Shown here: positions 39,072 to 49,886 of the stretch, piece by piece
Numbering within the stretch: position 1 is the first letter of the stretch
Layout: every line of letters begins with the position of its first letter
Assembly: GCA_963702475.1 (NCBI GenBank)
Contig: CAVPCT010000003.1
Coordinates: forward strand, 448,001-512,000
DNA from: an uncultured Thermoleophilia bacterium
Lineage (GTDB): Bacteria > Actinomycetota > Thermoleophilia > UBA2241
Length of the DNA stretch: 64,000 bases
Direction of reading: 5' to 3'
Position numbers and translations under genes: made by a program
Notes under the pieces: generated by a model
The model's database searches: none
What the model was told of the DNA's origin: nothing
What the model saw: only the letters and a program-made list of their open reading frames with translations

Positions 39072-39853
39072 TACTCGCCCTCGAGACGGCGACGACGGCG
39101 TGCTCCGTCGCTCTTTGCCACGGCGACGGCCGGGTGCTCGCCGAGGCCATCGCCCTGGACGGGCCGGCGCATGCGCAGCGCCTCCTGCCGGGCGTGCACG
39201 AGGTGCTCGCGCAGGCCGGCGCGGTGTGGGACGACGTCGACACCGTGGCCGCCGGCCTGGGCCCCGGGGCGTTCACCGGCCTCCGGATCGGGGTCGCCAC
39301 GGCCCGCGCCCTGGCTCAGGCCGACGGGCGCGTGCGCCTCGCCGGTGTGCCGACCACCGCGGCGCTGGCGCTGGCGCTGGCCGGCCGCTCGCCCCGCGCG
39401 GCCACGCTCGTGCCGCTCATCGACGGCAAGCGGCGCGAGGTGTTCGCGGCCGCTTTCGTGGCCGACGACGAACGCGGCGTGCGCGTGATCGAGGAGGCCC
39501 GCGCATTGGCGCTCACCGACGTTGCTGCGTGGCTGGCCAGGTTCGACGAGCCGGTGGTCGGCGGCGACGGCGTCGCCCTTCTGACCGGCGTCCTGCCCAC
39601 AGGGGTCACCGCCTCCGGCGTCACGGCGCCCACCGCGGCCATGGTGGGCCTCGCCGTGGCGCGCGGCGTCCCGGGTCTCGTCGTCGGCGCGGATGCCGTG
39701 CTGCCCCTGTACGGCCGCGCTCCCGACGCCGCCCGCTGGCCCGGGGCGGCCGAGGCGATGCCGGCCGGCGGCGTTCCGCGCCCCGGCGAGACCGCGGTGG
39801 CCGCGCCCGCCGGCGCTGCTGCGGTCGCTCCCTCGAAGGAGGCTCACCGGTGA
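39068..39853 (+). CDS. tsaB: t6A biosynthesis protein TsaB
   Basis: ILALETAT...SVA, GPGAFTGLRIG, IDGKRREVF, PLY.R. Confidence 0.93.
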   Translation: MILALETATTACSVALCHGDGRVLAEAIALDGPAHAQRLLPGVHEVLAQAGAVWDDVDTVAAGLGPGAFTGLRIGVATARALAQADGRVRLAGVPTTAALALALAGRSPRAATLVPLIDGKRREVFAAAFVADDERGVRVIEEARALALTDVAAWLARFDEPVVGGDGVALLTGVLPTGVTASGVTAPTAAMVGLAVARGVPGLVVGADAVLPLYGRAPDAARWPGAAEAMPAGGVPRPGETAVAAPAGAAAVAPSKEAHR

Positions 39854-40338
39854 CGTTCGAGGTCGTCCCCGGCGGCGCCGACGAGACCGTGGTGGTCCGC
39901 GGCATGCAGTTCACCGACCTCGAGACCGTGGCCGCCATCGAGCGGCGTGTCTTCTCGCTGCCGTGGTCGCTCGCCATCTTCAGCGGACAACTGGCGCGCG
40001 AGAGCGGCATCTGTCTGGTCTGCGAGGACGGCGACCGGATCGCCGCCTACCTGATCGCCGACATGTTCGTGGACGTGTGGCACTTGATGAACCTCGCCGT
40101 CGACGCCCCGCATCGGCGCAAGCACCTGGGCTCCGCGCTCATGGAAGCGTACTTCGCCATCACAGAGCGACAGGGGCATCGCGGTCACACGCTGGAGGTC
40201 CGGGTCTCCAACGTCGCCGCCATCGACCTGTATCGGAGTTTCGGCTTCGTGCCCACCGGGGTGCGGCCGCGCTACTACAGCGACGATCGCGAGGACGCCC
40301 TCATCATGTGGAAGGACTGGGAGGGGGAGTCAGCTTGA
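39850..40338 (+). CDS. rimI: Ribosomal protein alanine N-acetyltransferase
   Basis: IE...F..PWS, NLAV, TLEVRVSN..AI.LY..FGF, R.RYY.D..EDA.IM. Confidence 0.9.
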   Translation: MTFEVVPGGADETVVVRGMQFTDLETVAAIERRVFSLPWSLAIFSGQLARESGICLVCEDGDRIAAYLIADMFVDVWHLMNLAVDAPHRRKHLGSALMEAYFAITERQGHRGHTLEVRVSNVAAIDLYRSFGFVPTGVRPRYYSDDREDALIMWKDWEGESA

Positions 40339-41411
40339 CGGCTGCCGCCCGCGGCGGGGACGAGGCCGCCGGCCCCGCCGGCCCCCTGCTCTGCATCGAG
40401 ACGTCGTGCGACGACACGAGCGCCGCCGTGGTGCGGGGTCGTGAGGTGCTGTCGTCCGTCGTCTCGTCGCAGAACGAGCTGCACGCGCAGTTCGGCGGCG
40501 TGGTGCCGGAGGTGGCCTCGCGCCGCCACACGGAGCTCGTCAACGAGGTCGTAGCCCAGGCGCTCACGGAGGCCGGCATCACGTGGGACGACCTCGGCGG
40601 CGTCGCCGCGACCCGGGGTCCCGGCCTCATCGGCGCCCTGCTGGTGGGGCTGGCAGCGGCCAAGGCCATCGCCTACCGCCGCCGCCTGCCGCTCATCCCG
40701 GTCAACCATCTGCAGGGCCACATCGCCGCCAACTACGCCCTCGGCGTGGAGGCCCCGTTCGTCTGTCTCGTGGCCAGCGGCGGGCACACGCTGCTGGCGG
40801 TGGTGGAGCGCGGCGTCGAGTACCGGGTCGCCGCGCGGACCATGGACGACGCCGCCGGCGAGGCCTTCGACAAGGGCGCCCGTCTGCTCGGCCTGGGCTA
40901 CCCCGGCGGCAGGGAGCTGGACCAGCTGGCCGCGACCGGCGACGCGCGTTTCGTGACGTTCCCGCGCGCCGTGCCGCGCGGCCGCGACTTCAGCTTCAGC
41001 GGTCTCAAGACGGCGCTGCTGTACGACCTCAGGGAGAGGACGGAGGCCGAGGTCGCGGCGCACCGCGCCGACATCGCGGCGTCGTACCAGGCGGCCATCG
41101 TCAACCAGCTGGTCGACAAGACGCTGGCTTGCGCCGAGGCCGAGGGCCTGCGCTCGGTTGCGGTCGCCGGCGGCGTGGCCGCCAACTCCGGCTTGCGCGC
41201 GGCGCTCACCGCGCGTGGCGAGACCGCGGGTCTCGCGGTGTCGCTGCCGCCGCTGCGGCTGTGCACCGACAACGCGGCCATGATCGGCCTCGCCGCCGGC
41301 TTCCTCCCGGCCGTGCCGTGGCCCGACTACCTCGCCCTGGACGCCTTCGCCAGCGACAGTGCGGCCAGGGCCGCGCGCCCCGTGAAGAGACGCCGGCGCG
41401 CCTCCGCCTGA
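40335..41411 (+). CDS. tsaD: t6A transferase TsaD
   Basis: IETSCDDT, GGVVPEVASRRH, GPGL.GAL, NHL.GH, SGGHT, DDAAGEAFDK, FSFSGLKT, CTDNAAMI. Confidence 0.97.
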   Translation: MTAAARGGDEAAGPAGPLLCIETSCDDTSAAVVRGREVLSSVVSSQNELHAQFGGVVPEVASRRHTELVNEVVAQALTEAGITWDDLGGVAATRGPGLIGALLVGLAAAKAIAYRRRLPLIPVNHLQGHIAANYALGVEAPFVCLVASGGHTLLAVVERGVEYRVAARTMDDAAGEAFDKGARLLGLGYPGGRELDQLAATGDARFVTFPRAVPRGRDFSFSGLKTALLYDLRERTEAEVAAHRADIAASYQAAIVNQLVDKTLACAEAEGLRSVAVAGGVAANSGLRAALTARGETAGLAVSLPPLRLCTDNAAMIGLAAGFLPAVPWPDYLALDAFASDSAARAARPVKRRRRASA

Positions 41412-41556
41412 CGGCGGCTTCGCCACGAGACGGCGGGGCGCCTCCATTGGAGCCGCGGCTCGCGCGCCGCGCGCCGCTGCGCCTGAGGCCTCGCGTTTCG
41501 ACCCAGCGCACTGCCCCCCGAGGGAACGCTCTGGTAGAGTCGAACGAGACTCCACC

Positions 41557-42081
41557 ATGAGCGACGCCGCCAGCGCACACCCCGAGGTGCCCCGCGGCCC
41601 CGCCGATGATGTCCCGCGCGGCGCGGCCGAGCTCTTCGTCGGGTGCCTCGAGCGCGAGCGCGTCGAGTACGTGTTCGGCATCCCCGGCGAGGAGACCCTC
41701 GACCTGAGCGAGGCGCTGGACCACTCATCCTCCATCACCTTCGTCCCCGTGCGCCACGAGCAGAGCGCCGCCTTCATGGCCGACGCCTACGGCCGCCTCA
41801 CCGGCAGGCCCGGGGTGTGCCTCGCCACATTGGGCCCCGGCGCCACCAACCTGGCCACCGGCATCGGCGACGCCTTTATTGACAAGGCGCCACTCGTGGC
41901 CCTCGCGCGCTCCTTCGGGCTCGAGGGCGTACACGTACGGCGCGCCGGGGAGCTCCCGCAGGTTCTCGCCACGGCGTTGAGAGCTCCCGGTCCCGTACTC
42001 GTCGACATTCCGATAGACTACGCCGAGACTGAGAAGCTCGGCGTCGACTTGTGGAAACTCGCGCCGGAAGCACTCATCTAG
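41557..42081 (+). pseudogene. Acetolactate synthase-like ThDP enzyme with a large in-frame internal deletion
   Basis: N-terminal FGIPGEE, RHEQ.AAFMAD.YGRLTG..GVC..TLGPGATN joined at VAL to the extreme C-terminal LARSFG..G...GPVLVD.PIDY; no GDG ThDP motif. Confidence 0.8.
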
Positions 42082-42322
42082 AAGTTGCACAATCTTCATC
42101 GGGGGGGTCCGTATGGAAGAGCTGCTTCTGACTGAAGGGCCGAAGCGACCACGCGTGCGGGCGAACACTGCAGTGGTAGCCGTGTCCACGCGCGTCCGCC
42201 GAAGGGAACGGGTCTCTGCCGCGCCGTCATCTTGGCGGGCTTCGACGCGACTACTGCGACGCGCGCGGCCGTCGGGTGCCTGGACCATGCCGGACTGCCG
42301 AACGACGAAGTGGGGGGGATAG

Positions 42323-44014
42323 ATGGCTACGGAGCAAAGACGATCGGTCGCCGTGGACCTCGAGCAGCACGGCCTCAAGCAGCACCACGTCGGGGTGTGG
42401 ACGGTCGTGTTCATGATCTTCTGCCTGTGCGCGGCGGGCGCCTACGGCATCGAGGAGATGATCCCCTCCGCGGGTCCGGGGCTGTCCCTCGTCATGCTCA
42501 TGGTCCTGCCCTTCGTCTGGGCGCTGCCCTTCGGCCTGGTGGCCTCCGAGCTCGGCTCGGTCAGGCCCCAGGAGGGCGGCTACTACAAGTGGGTGCAGGA
42601 GGCGCTCGGGGAGTTCTGGGGGTTCCAGGCCGGCTGGTGGAGGACCATCTCCATCTACATCGACAACACCCTCTACGTCATCCTCGCCGGCGGTTACGTC
42701 GCCTCCGAATGGGGCCTGAACGGCACTGAGGAGTTCCTGCTCAAGGCGGGGATCATCATCATCTTCACGTACATCAACATCCGCGGCATCAGAGACGTCG
42801 GCATCATCAGCTCGGTCCTCTCGATCCTGGTGATCGTGGCGTTCGGTCTGGTCGCGATCGCGGGCTTCACGAACTGGAACATGAACCCCTTCAGCCCGTT
42901 CACGGCGCACGGGGACATCCTGGGCGTGTCGGGCCTCGCCTTCGCCGACTGGGTCACGTTCATCGGCGCCGGGATCGCCATCGGCCTGTGGATGTACTCG
43001 GGCTACGAGTCGATGTCCACGGTGGCCGGTGAGCTCAAGGACCCCCAGGTCATCCCCAAGGCCACCCTCATCGTCATCCCGATCATCATGGCCGTCTACA
43101 TCCTCCCCACGCTGGCGGGCCTGGGCTCGATCGACAGCTGGGAGGAGTGGGGCACCACGGCGGATTCGATCGGGTACGCGGACGTGGTCACCGCAGCCTG
43201 GGGCGGGGGATTCGGCATCTTCTTCGTGATCGTCGCCGTGCTGGCCCAGTGTTCGATCTACAACACCTACATCGCGTCGGGCTCGCGGGGGTTCTTCGCC
43301 CTGGCCGACGACCACCTGGCTCCCCCGATCATGGTGAAGTGCGACAAGAAGCGCGGCGTGCCGTATGTCGCGGTGCTGTCGGTCGGGATCGTCAACCTGA
43401 TCCTGGTGAATTTCGCATTCACCACCATCGTCATCGTCGACGTGTTCCTGCTGATCTCCTCGTACATCCTGGTGTACATCTCCGCCATGATCCTGAGGAA
43501 GAGGATCCCCAAGGAGGAGTACAAGTTCAGGATTCCCGGCGGGTACTGGTTCCTGTGCGTGCTCTGCATCGTGCCCATCGTCATCGCCGTGACCGCGTTC
43601 TTCATCAACGGTACGGACTTCTTCATCGGCGGGATGCTGGGCATCACGTCTGGACCGATCCTCTACGTGATCTGGAAGAAGATGTACGGCGGCCTCGCCA
43701 AGAAGGACCCGGTGCAGTACCCGGTCAATCGCAAGACGGGCCTCGCACACGGTGACCTGAAGAGGATCGCGGGGATGTTCTCCATGCTCGCGATCGTGGG
43801 TTTCGTCGCCTACCCGTGGCTGAAGTGGTTCGAGGGTGACTGGGCGGAGGAGTACTACGCCGAGACGTACGGCTCCGGGTTCCTGGGGAACTTCGGGTAC
43901 ATGCTGACGGCCATCCTGATCACCGCCGGAGTCTTCCTGGCGATCGCCGTGGTGTGCTACATCGCGGCCATCAGGGTCGAGCCGAAGAAGGGGTCGCCGC
44001 CGCCGAGCGCTTGA
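42323..44014 (+). CDS. APC-superfamily amino acid/polyamine permease
   Basis: GAYGIE in TM1, ASELG...P.EGGYY.WV..ALG, W.YSGYE, SR; about 14 TMs. Confidence 0.9.
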   Translation: MATEQRRSVAVDLEQHGLKQHHVGVWTVVFMIFCLCAAGAYGIEEMIPSAGPGLSLVMLMVLPFVWALPFGLVASELGSVRPQEGGYYKWVQEALGEFWGFQAGWWRTISIYIDNTLYVILAGGYVASEWGLNGTEEFLLKAGIIIIFTYINIRGIRDVGIISSVLSILVIVAFGLVAIAGFTNWNMNPFSPFTAHGDILGVSGLAFADWVTFIGAGIAIGLWMYSGYESMSTVAGELKDPQVIPKATLIVIPIIMAVYILPTLAGLGSIDSWEEWGTTADSIGYADVVTAAWGGGFGIFFVIVAVLAQCSIYNTYIASGSRGFFALADDHLAPPIMVKCDKKRGVPYVAVLSVGIVNLILVNFAFTTIVIVDVFLLISSYILVYISAMILRKRIPKEEYKFRIPGGYWFLCVLCIVPIVIAVTAFFINGTDFFIGGMLGITSGPILYVIWKKMYGGLAKKDPVQYPVNRKTGLAHGDLKRIAGMFSMLAIVGFVAYPWLKWFEGDWAEEYYAETYGSGFLGNFGYMLTAILITAGVFLAIAVVCYIAAIRVEPKKGSPPPSA

Positions 44015-44021
44015 GGGATGC

Positions 44022-44071
44022 GGCGGGCTCGACGAGGGGTGCGCCGCAGGGGCACCGCTCAGTGACCGACG
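44022..44071 (+). repeat. REP-like palindromic element, copy A
   Basis: GGCGGGCTCGACGAGGGGTGCGCCGCAGGGGCACCGCTCAGTGACCGACG; about 42/50 identical to 55584-55632. Confidence 0.6.
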
Positions 44072-44084
44072 GAAGAGGTCTCAA

Positions 44085-44120
44085 CGAGGGGCGGGCGGCC
44101 GAAGGGCCGCCCGCCCCTCG
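44085..44120. terminator. Hairpin between convergent permease and VOC genes
   Basis: 16-bp perfect stem CGAGGGGCGGGCGGCC-GAAG-GGCCGCCCGCCCCTCG. Confidence 0.6.
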
Positions 44121-44124
44121 CCGT

Positions 44125-44538
44125 TCAAGGCTCCAGCGGCGTGACCGCAACGTGCGGCGCGGATCGCTCCTCCGGACCGTGGAACACGGCCTCCACGTTG
44201 TTGCCGTCCGGGTCGAGCACGTAGGCGGCGTAGTAGCCGGCATGGTACGGGCGTTCGCCCGGCGCCCCGTTGTCGGTGCCGCCGGCGGCCACTGTCGCGG
44301 CGTGGAATCGGCGCACCGTCTCACGGTCGGCGGCCTGGAAGGCGAGGTGCACCGAGGAGACCAGTCCGTCGGCGGCGCTCACGAAGAGCTCGTCGGCCTC
44401 GAAGAAGTCCGGCCCCTCCGTGAGCGTGATGGGCGGCTCCAGCGCGCCGAGCGCCGCCCGGTAGAAGACCTTGCTCCGCTCGAGGTCGGCGACCGTCAGA
44501 TGCACGTGGTCGAGCAGCCTGCCGGTGTAGTACACCAT
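44125..44538 (-). CDS. VOC/glyoxalase family protein
   Basis: DHV.L.V.DLERS..FY, HLAF.A, G.DNGAPG.R.YH..YYAA.VLDPDGNNVE. Confidence 0.9.
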   Translation of the reverse strand: MVYYTGRLLDHVHLTVADLERSKVFYRAALGALEPPITLTEGPDFFEADELFVSAADGLVSSVHLAFQAADRETVRRFHAATVAAGGTDNGAPGERPYHAGYYAAYVLDPDGNNVEAVFHGPEERSAPHVAVTPLEP

Positions 44539-44557
44539 CGCCCGTCCTCCCGGCCGG

Positions 44558-44995
44558 TCACGCCTCCAGCAGGATCGTGACGGGCCCGTCGTTGACGAGC
44601 TCGACCTGCATGCGTGCGCCGAACACGCCGGTCTCGACCGGCACGCCCTCGGCGCGCAAGGCCGCCACGAAGGCGTCGTACACTGCCTCGCCGACGTCCG
44701 GCGCGGCCGCCGCGACGAAGCTGGGGCGGTTGCCCTTGCGCGCGTCGGCGTAGAGCGTGAACTGGGAGACGGCCAGCACGGCGCCGTCAACGTCCGGCAG
44801 GGCGAGGTTCATGAGGCCGGCCCCGTCGGTGAACACGCGGAGCCTGGCGGTCTTGCCGGCCAGCTTCGCCGCCGTCTCGGCCGTGTCGCCGTGCGTCACG
44901 CCGACGAGCGCGAGGAAACCCCGGCCCACGGAGCCGACGACCTCGCCGTCCACCGAGACGGCGCTGCTGCTCACTCGTTGGATCAGGATCCGCAT
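44558..44995 (-). CDS. dtd: D-aminoacyl-tRNA deacylase
   Basis: QRV..., [29 protein letters not shown]; TAGACT lies 6 nt before the ATG. Confidence 0.96.
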   Translation of the reverse strand: MRILIQRVSSSAVSVDGEVVGSVGRGFLALVGVTHGDTAETAAKLAGKTARLRVFTDGAGLMNLALPDVDGAVLAVSQFTLYADARKGNRPSFVAAAAPDVGEAVYDAFVAALRAEGVPVETGVFGARMQVELVNDGPVTILLEA

Positions 44996-45051
44996 AAGCC
45001 AAGTCTAGACGGCCGGTGCCGGATTCCGCCAGCCGGCCCGATGCCGGCCCG

Positions 45052-45072
45052 GCACTCAGGAGGCGCGAGTGC
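45052..45072. promoter_or_regulatory. Second, degenerate CIRCE-like site
   Basis: GCACTC-AGGAGGCGC(N9)-GAGTGC. Confidence 0.55.
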
Positions 45073-45170
45073 GGGATTCCCGCCAGCGCCCGTATCGATG
45101 CACGAAACCCGTGCAAACGGACGCTTTCCGTCAGGTCCGTCCGGCGCCGTCGCGAGCGTCCGGTGATGGT

Positions 45171-45199
45171 TTGACTTGCACGGATCCGGGACATACGAT
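45171..45199 (+). promoter_or_regulatory. groESL promoter
   Basis: TTGACT-N17-TACGAT. Confidence 0.8.
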
Positions 45200-45215
45200 A
45201 GCGACCCCGTGTGAC

Positions 45216-45242
45216 TTAGCACTCTCGTCGTGAGAGTGCCAG
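45216..45242. promoter_or_regulatory. CIRCE element (HrcA operator)
   Basis: TTAGCACTC-N9-GAGTGCCAG between the promoter and groES. Confidence 0.92.
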
Positions 45243-45275
45243 AACTGTAGACGAGACAAAGAGGAGGGTTGCTGC

Positions 45276-45569
45276 ATGAAGCTCAAGCCGCTCGAGGACC
45301 GCGTCATCATCAAGGCGGTCAAGGAAGAGGAGAAGACCGCCAGCGGTATCGTGCTGCCCGACACGGCCAAAGAGAAGCCGATGATGGGCGAGGTCGTCGC
45401 CGTAGGCGACGGCAAGTGGGACGACGAGGGCAAGAAGCGCATCCCGGTCGACGTCAAGACCGGCGACAAGGTCATCTACGGCAAGTACTCGGGCACCGAG
45501 TACAAGACGACCGATGGTGACGAACTGCTGATCCTGCGCGCCAGCGAGATCCTGGCCGTGGTCAAGTAA
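45276..45569 (+). CDS. groES: Co-chaperonin GroES
   Basis: [37 protein letters not shown]. Confidence 0.98.
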   Translation: MKLKPLEDRVIIKAVKEEEKTASGIVLPDTAKEKPMMGEVVAVGDGKWDDEGKKRIPVDVKTGDKVIYGKYSGTEYKTTDGDELLILRASEILAVVK

Positions 45570-45583
45570 GAAAGGGAGGCTGA

Positions 45584-47221
<1,638 letters not shown>

Positions 47222-47312
47222 GCCGACGCAGCCTTCGGCCGGTCGGCCAGAAACCTCGCCTACGGCGGGTTCTGATCGGCCAGTGTCGCTCGGAAGAAGC
47301 GTCTTTCGCGTC

Positions 47313-47345
47313 GCGGCGGGCGGGCCCATCGGGCCCGCCCGCCGC
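47313..47345. terminator. Hairpin between convergent groEL and cyclase genes
   Basis: 15-bp perfect stem GCGGCGGGCGGGCCC-ATC-GGGCCCGCCCGCCGC followed by TTCCGTT. Confidence 0.65.
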
Positions 47346-47353
47346 TTCCGTTC

Positions 47354-48700
47354 TCAGGGCGCGGACGGCGGGAGCGCGGCGAAGAGTCGCCACTTCTCAG
47401 GCACGCCCTTGAGCACGTGCTCGCCGCGGTCCTCGAAGACGAGACCCGAGCCGGCCACGAGGTCCTTGACGGTGGACGACACCAGGACCTCGGAGGGTCC
47501 GGCGAGCGCCGCGACGCGGGCGCCGATGTGCACGGCGATGCCGCCCACGTCGGCGCCCAGCAGCTCGATCTCGCCGGTGTGGCAGCCGGCGCGCATCTCG
47601 ACGCCCAGCTCCCGCGCAGCGACACAGATCGCCTGCGCACAGCGCACGGCCAGCGCGGGCCTCTCGAACGACGCCAGGAACCCGTCGCCGGTCGTCTTGA
47701 CCTCGCACCCGCCGAAACGTGCGAGCGCCTGTCTCGTCGCGGCGTCGTGTCGCTGGAGCAGAGCCTTCCAGCGGGCGTCGCCGATGTCGCAGGCCGCAGC
47801 AGTCGAGCCGACGATGTCCGTGAAGAGCACGGTCAGGAGTCGCCGGTCCGGCTCAGGCGCAGGGGGAGAGACGCCCGCGAAGTCACGGATGGCGTCGATC
47901 ACGGACCTCCAGTCGCCGAGGAACTCCAGGCAGTCGCGGCCGGGCAGCACCACCCGCCGGCAGCCGGGGATGAGCGACGCGGCGTACTCGCCCTCCTCCG
48001 GCACCGTCTCGTCGCGGTCGATGACGAGCGCCGGCACGTTCAGCGTGGGGAGCACGAGGCGCACGTCGATCTCCCACAGCAGGCGCGTGACCTCGAGCGC
48101 CATTCTCGGGGACGTCTCCTGCCGCATCAGCTTCGCTATCTGCGCGGCCAGGCCCGGGTCTGCTGCGAGGCTCGGGTTGTCCCGCTCGTAGTAGGTGTGG
48201 ACCGGCGCGTCCCCGCCCCAGTCTGCCGCCACCGCCGCATCCTCAGTCGTCCGCTGTTCGGGCCGTTGCCCCCAGGGGTAGTCCGGCGCCCACGCGTGTC
48301 GGGGAGTCGGGAGGTACCAGACGAGACCTGTCACGCGCTCCGGGTGCGCGGCCGCCAGGAGCGAGGCCACGGCCCCGGACTGCATGCTCCCCTTCAGGAC
48401 GGCCCTGGCCGACCCGGCCGCGTCCATCACCGAGCGAGCATCCTCCGCCCACGACTCCAGGGTGAGCGGACCGTCCGGAGGGTCGGAGAGGCCCATCCCT
48501 CGCGGGTCGTGCAGGATGAGCCGGGAGAACGAGGCCAGCGCCTCAAAGTACCGGGCCGTGAAGCCGACCTCCCACACCGCCTCGATACTCCCGAATCCAC
48601 CGAAGGACAGAAGGTCTGCCGGCCCAGTGCCGACCACCTGGTAAGCGATCGACAGCCCGTCGGGGGTCTTCGCGTAACGCGTCTTGGGCTGCAGGGTCAT
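47354..48700 (-). CDS. Alpha/beta-hydrolase-fold + class III nucleotidyl cyclase (LipJ/Rv1900c-like)
   Basis: TRYA...G..IAYQV.G.GP, D.RG.GLSD; FTDIVGST, VKTTGDG, RAG.HTGE, AVHIGARV, LKGVP..W.L. Confidence 0.9.
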   Translation of the reverse strand: MTLQPKTRYAKTPDGLSIAYQVVGTGPADLLSFGGFGSIEAVWEVGFTARYFEALASFSRLILHDPRGMGLSDPPDGPLTLESWAEDARSVMDAAGSARAVLKGSMQSGAVASLLAAAHPERVTGLVWYLPTPRHAWAPDYPWGQRPEQRTTEDAAVAADWGGDAPVHTYYERDNPSLAADPGLAAQIAKLMRQETSPRMALEVTRLLWEIDVRLVLPTLNVPALVIDRDETVPEEGEYAASLIPGCRRVVLPGRDCLEFLGDWRSVIDAIRDFAGVSPPAPEPDRRLLTVLFTDIVGSTAAACDIGDARWKALLQRHDAATRQALARFGGCEVKTTGDGFLASFERPALAVRCAQAICVAARELGVEMRAGCHTGEIELLGADVGGIAVHIGARVAALAGPSEVLVSSTVKDLVAGSGLVFEDRGEHVLKGVPEKWRLFAALPPSAP

Positions 48701-48710
48701 GCTCGGCGCC

Positions 48711-49664
48711 TCAAGCCCGGGTGCTCTCCTGCATGTCGCGGACGGTGCGGACAAGGCCCTGCAGCAGGCCCACGGCGATCCCGGGCTCCGCCTTGAGCAG
48801 CTTCTGGAAGTCCCTGCGCCCGACCTTGGCGGTCGTGAGCTCGCCGACCGCCGACACTGTTGCCGAGCGCGGCGCGCCGTCGATGAGAGCGAGCTCGCCG
48901 AAGCAGTCGTCGGGGCCGAGCAGGCGCAGGTGACCGCCCGGCGTGCGCACGCGAGCGGATCCGTCCAGGACGACATACATGGCGTCGCCACGCATTCCGG
49001 CGACCACCACGGTGGCGCCGTCCGGAAAGCGCACCACGCTGAAGAGCGCGGCTACGCGGCGCAAGTGCTGGTCAGGCAGCGCCGCGAACAGATCCACGTG
49101 CCGCAGCAGCAGCAGCCACCCGAGCGCATCGCGCCCCTCCAGAAAGTCGCCGGCCCGGTCGCTGGCGAGCGGAGTCTCGCCCTCTGCCCGGCGCCACGCA
49201 CCCACCTGGCGGTGGTCCGGGATGTTGGACGCGTCAGCCCGCAAGAGGTCGCGAATCACCAGCACGATGCCCGGGAGCAGACTCACCGCGAGCTCCGGCT
49301 CCGAGGTCAGCAGCTCCGCAAAGGCCTCTCGCGGGATGCGCGCGAGGGTGACGCGCCCGACGGCCCGCACCGTGGCGGCTCGCGGCGCCCCGTCGATCAG
49401 GGAGAGCTCGCCGAAGTGATCGCCCGGGCCCAGCTCGGCGACGGCGCCCTGTTGCGTCTCCGCCTCGGCCTCCCCGGTGAGGATCACATAGAACGCGTCC
49501 CCGGCCTCACCGGCGCGCACGATCGGCCGGCCCGGCTCCACCTCGTCTATCACCGCCAGCTCGAGCACCCGGCGCCGGTGCCGTCTGCCGAGCCCCTGCA
49601 ACAAGGTCGTCCGCTCGAGCTCTCGCAGGCGCTCTCTGCCCGGCCCGGTCGTCGGTCCGCTCAT
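48711..49664 (-). CDS. Tandem cNMP-binding domain protein
   Basis: Two copies of G.AFY/MYV.L.G.A, LGP.D.FGEL.LIDGAPR.ATV.A; no HTH; GGAGG RBS. Confidence 0.85.
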   Translation of the reverse strand: MSGPTTGPGRERLRELERTTLLQGLGRRHRRRVLELAVIDEVEPGRPIVRAGEAGDAFYVILTGEAEAETQQGAVAELGPGDHFGELSLIDGAPRAATVRAVGRVTLARIPREAFAELLTSEPELAVSLLPGIVLVIRDLLRADASNIPDHRQVGAWRRAEGETPLASDRAGDFLEGRDALGWLLLLRHVDLFAALPDQHLRRVAALFSVVRFPDGATVVVAGMRGDAMYVVLDGSARVRTPGGHLRLLGPDDCFGELALIDGAPRSATVSAVGELTTAKVGRRDFQKLLKAEPGIAVGLLQGLVRTVRDMQESTRA

Positions 49665-49886
49665 CGGTCCTCCGTTCATCGCCGGTGGCGGGTCCGCTCC
49701 TTGGACGGACTGCCGCCTGCGGTCGCAGGGCGAGCATAGTCGCGCCCACGGGCGCAGACAACGTCCTGCCCCGATGCCTTGACGTCGCCGACACACGACG
49801 CGTACCGTCCTGCGACATCACGGTGTCGCGGGCGGAGCCGCACGGCTCGGGTGTGGCGCCGGGGCAAGGACGACCCGGGAGGGGCC

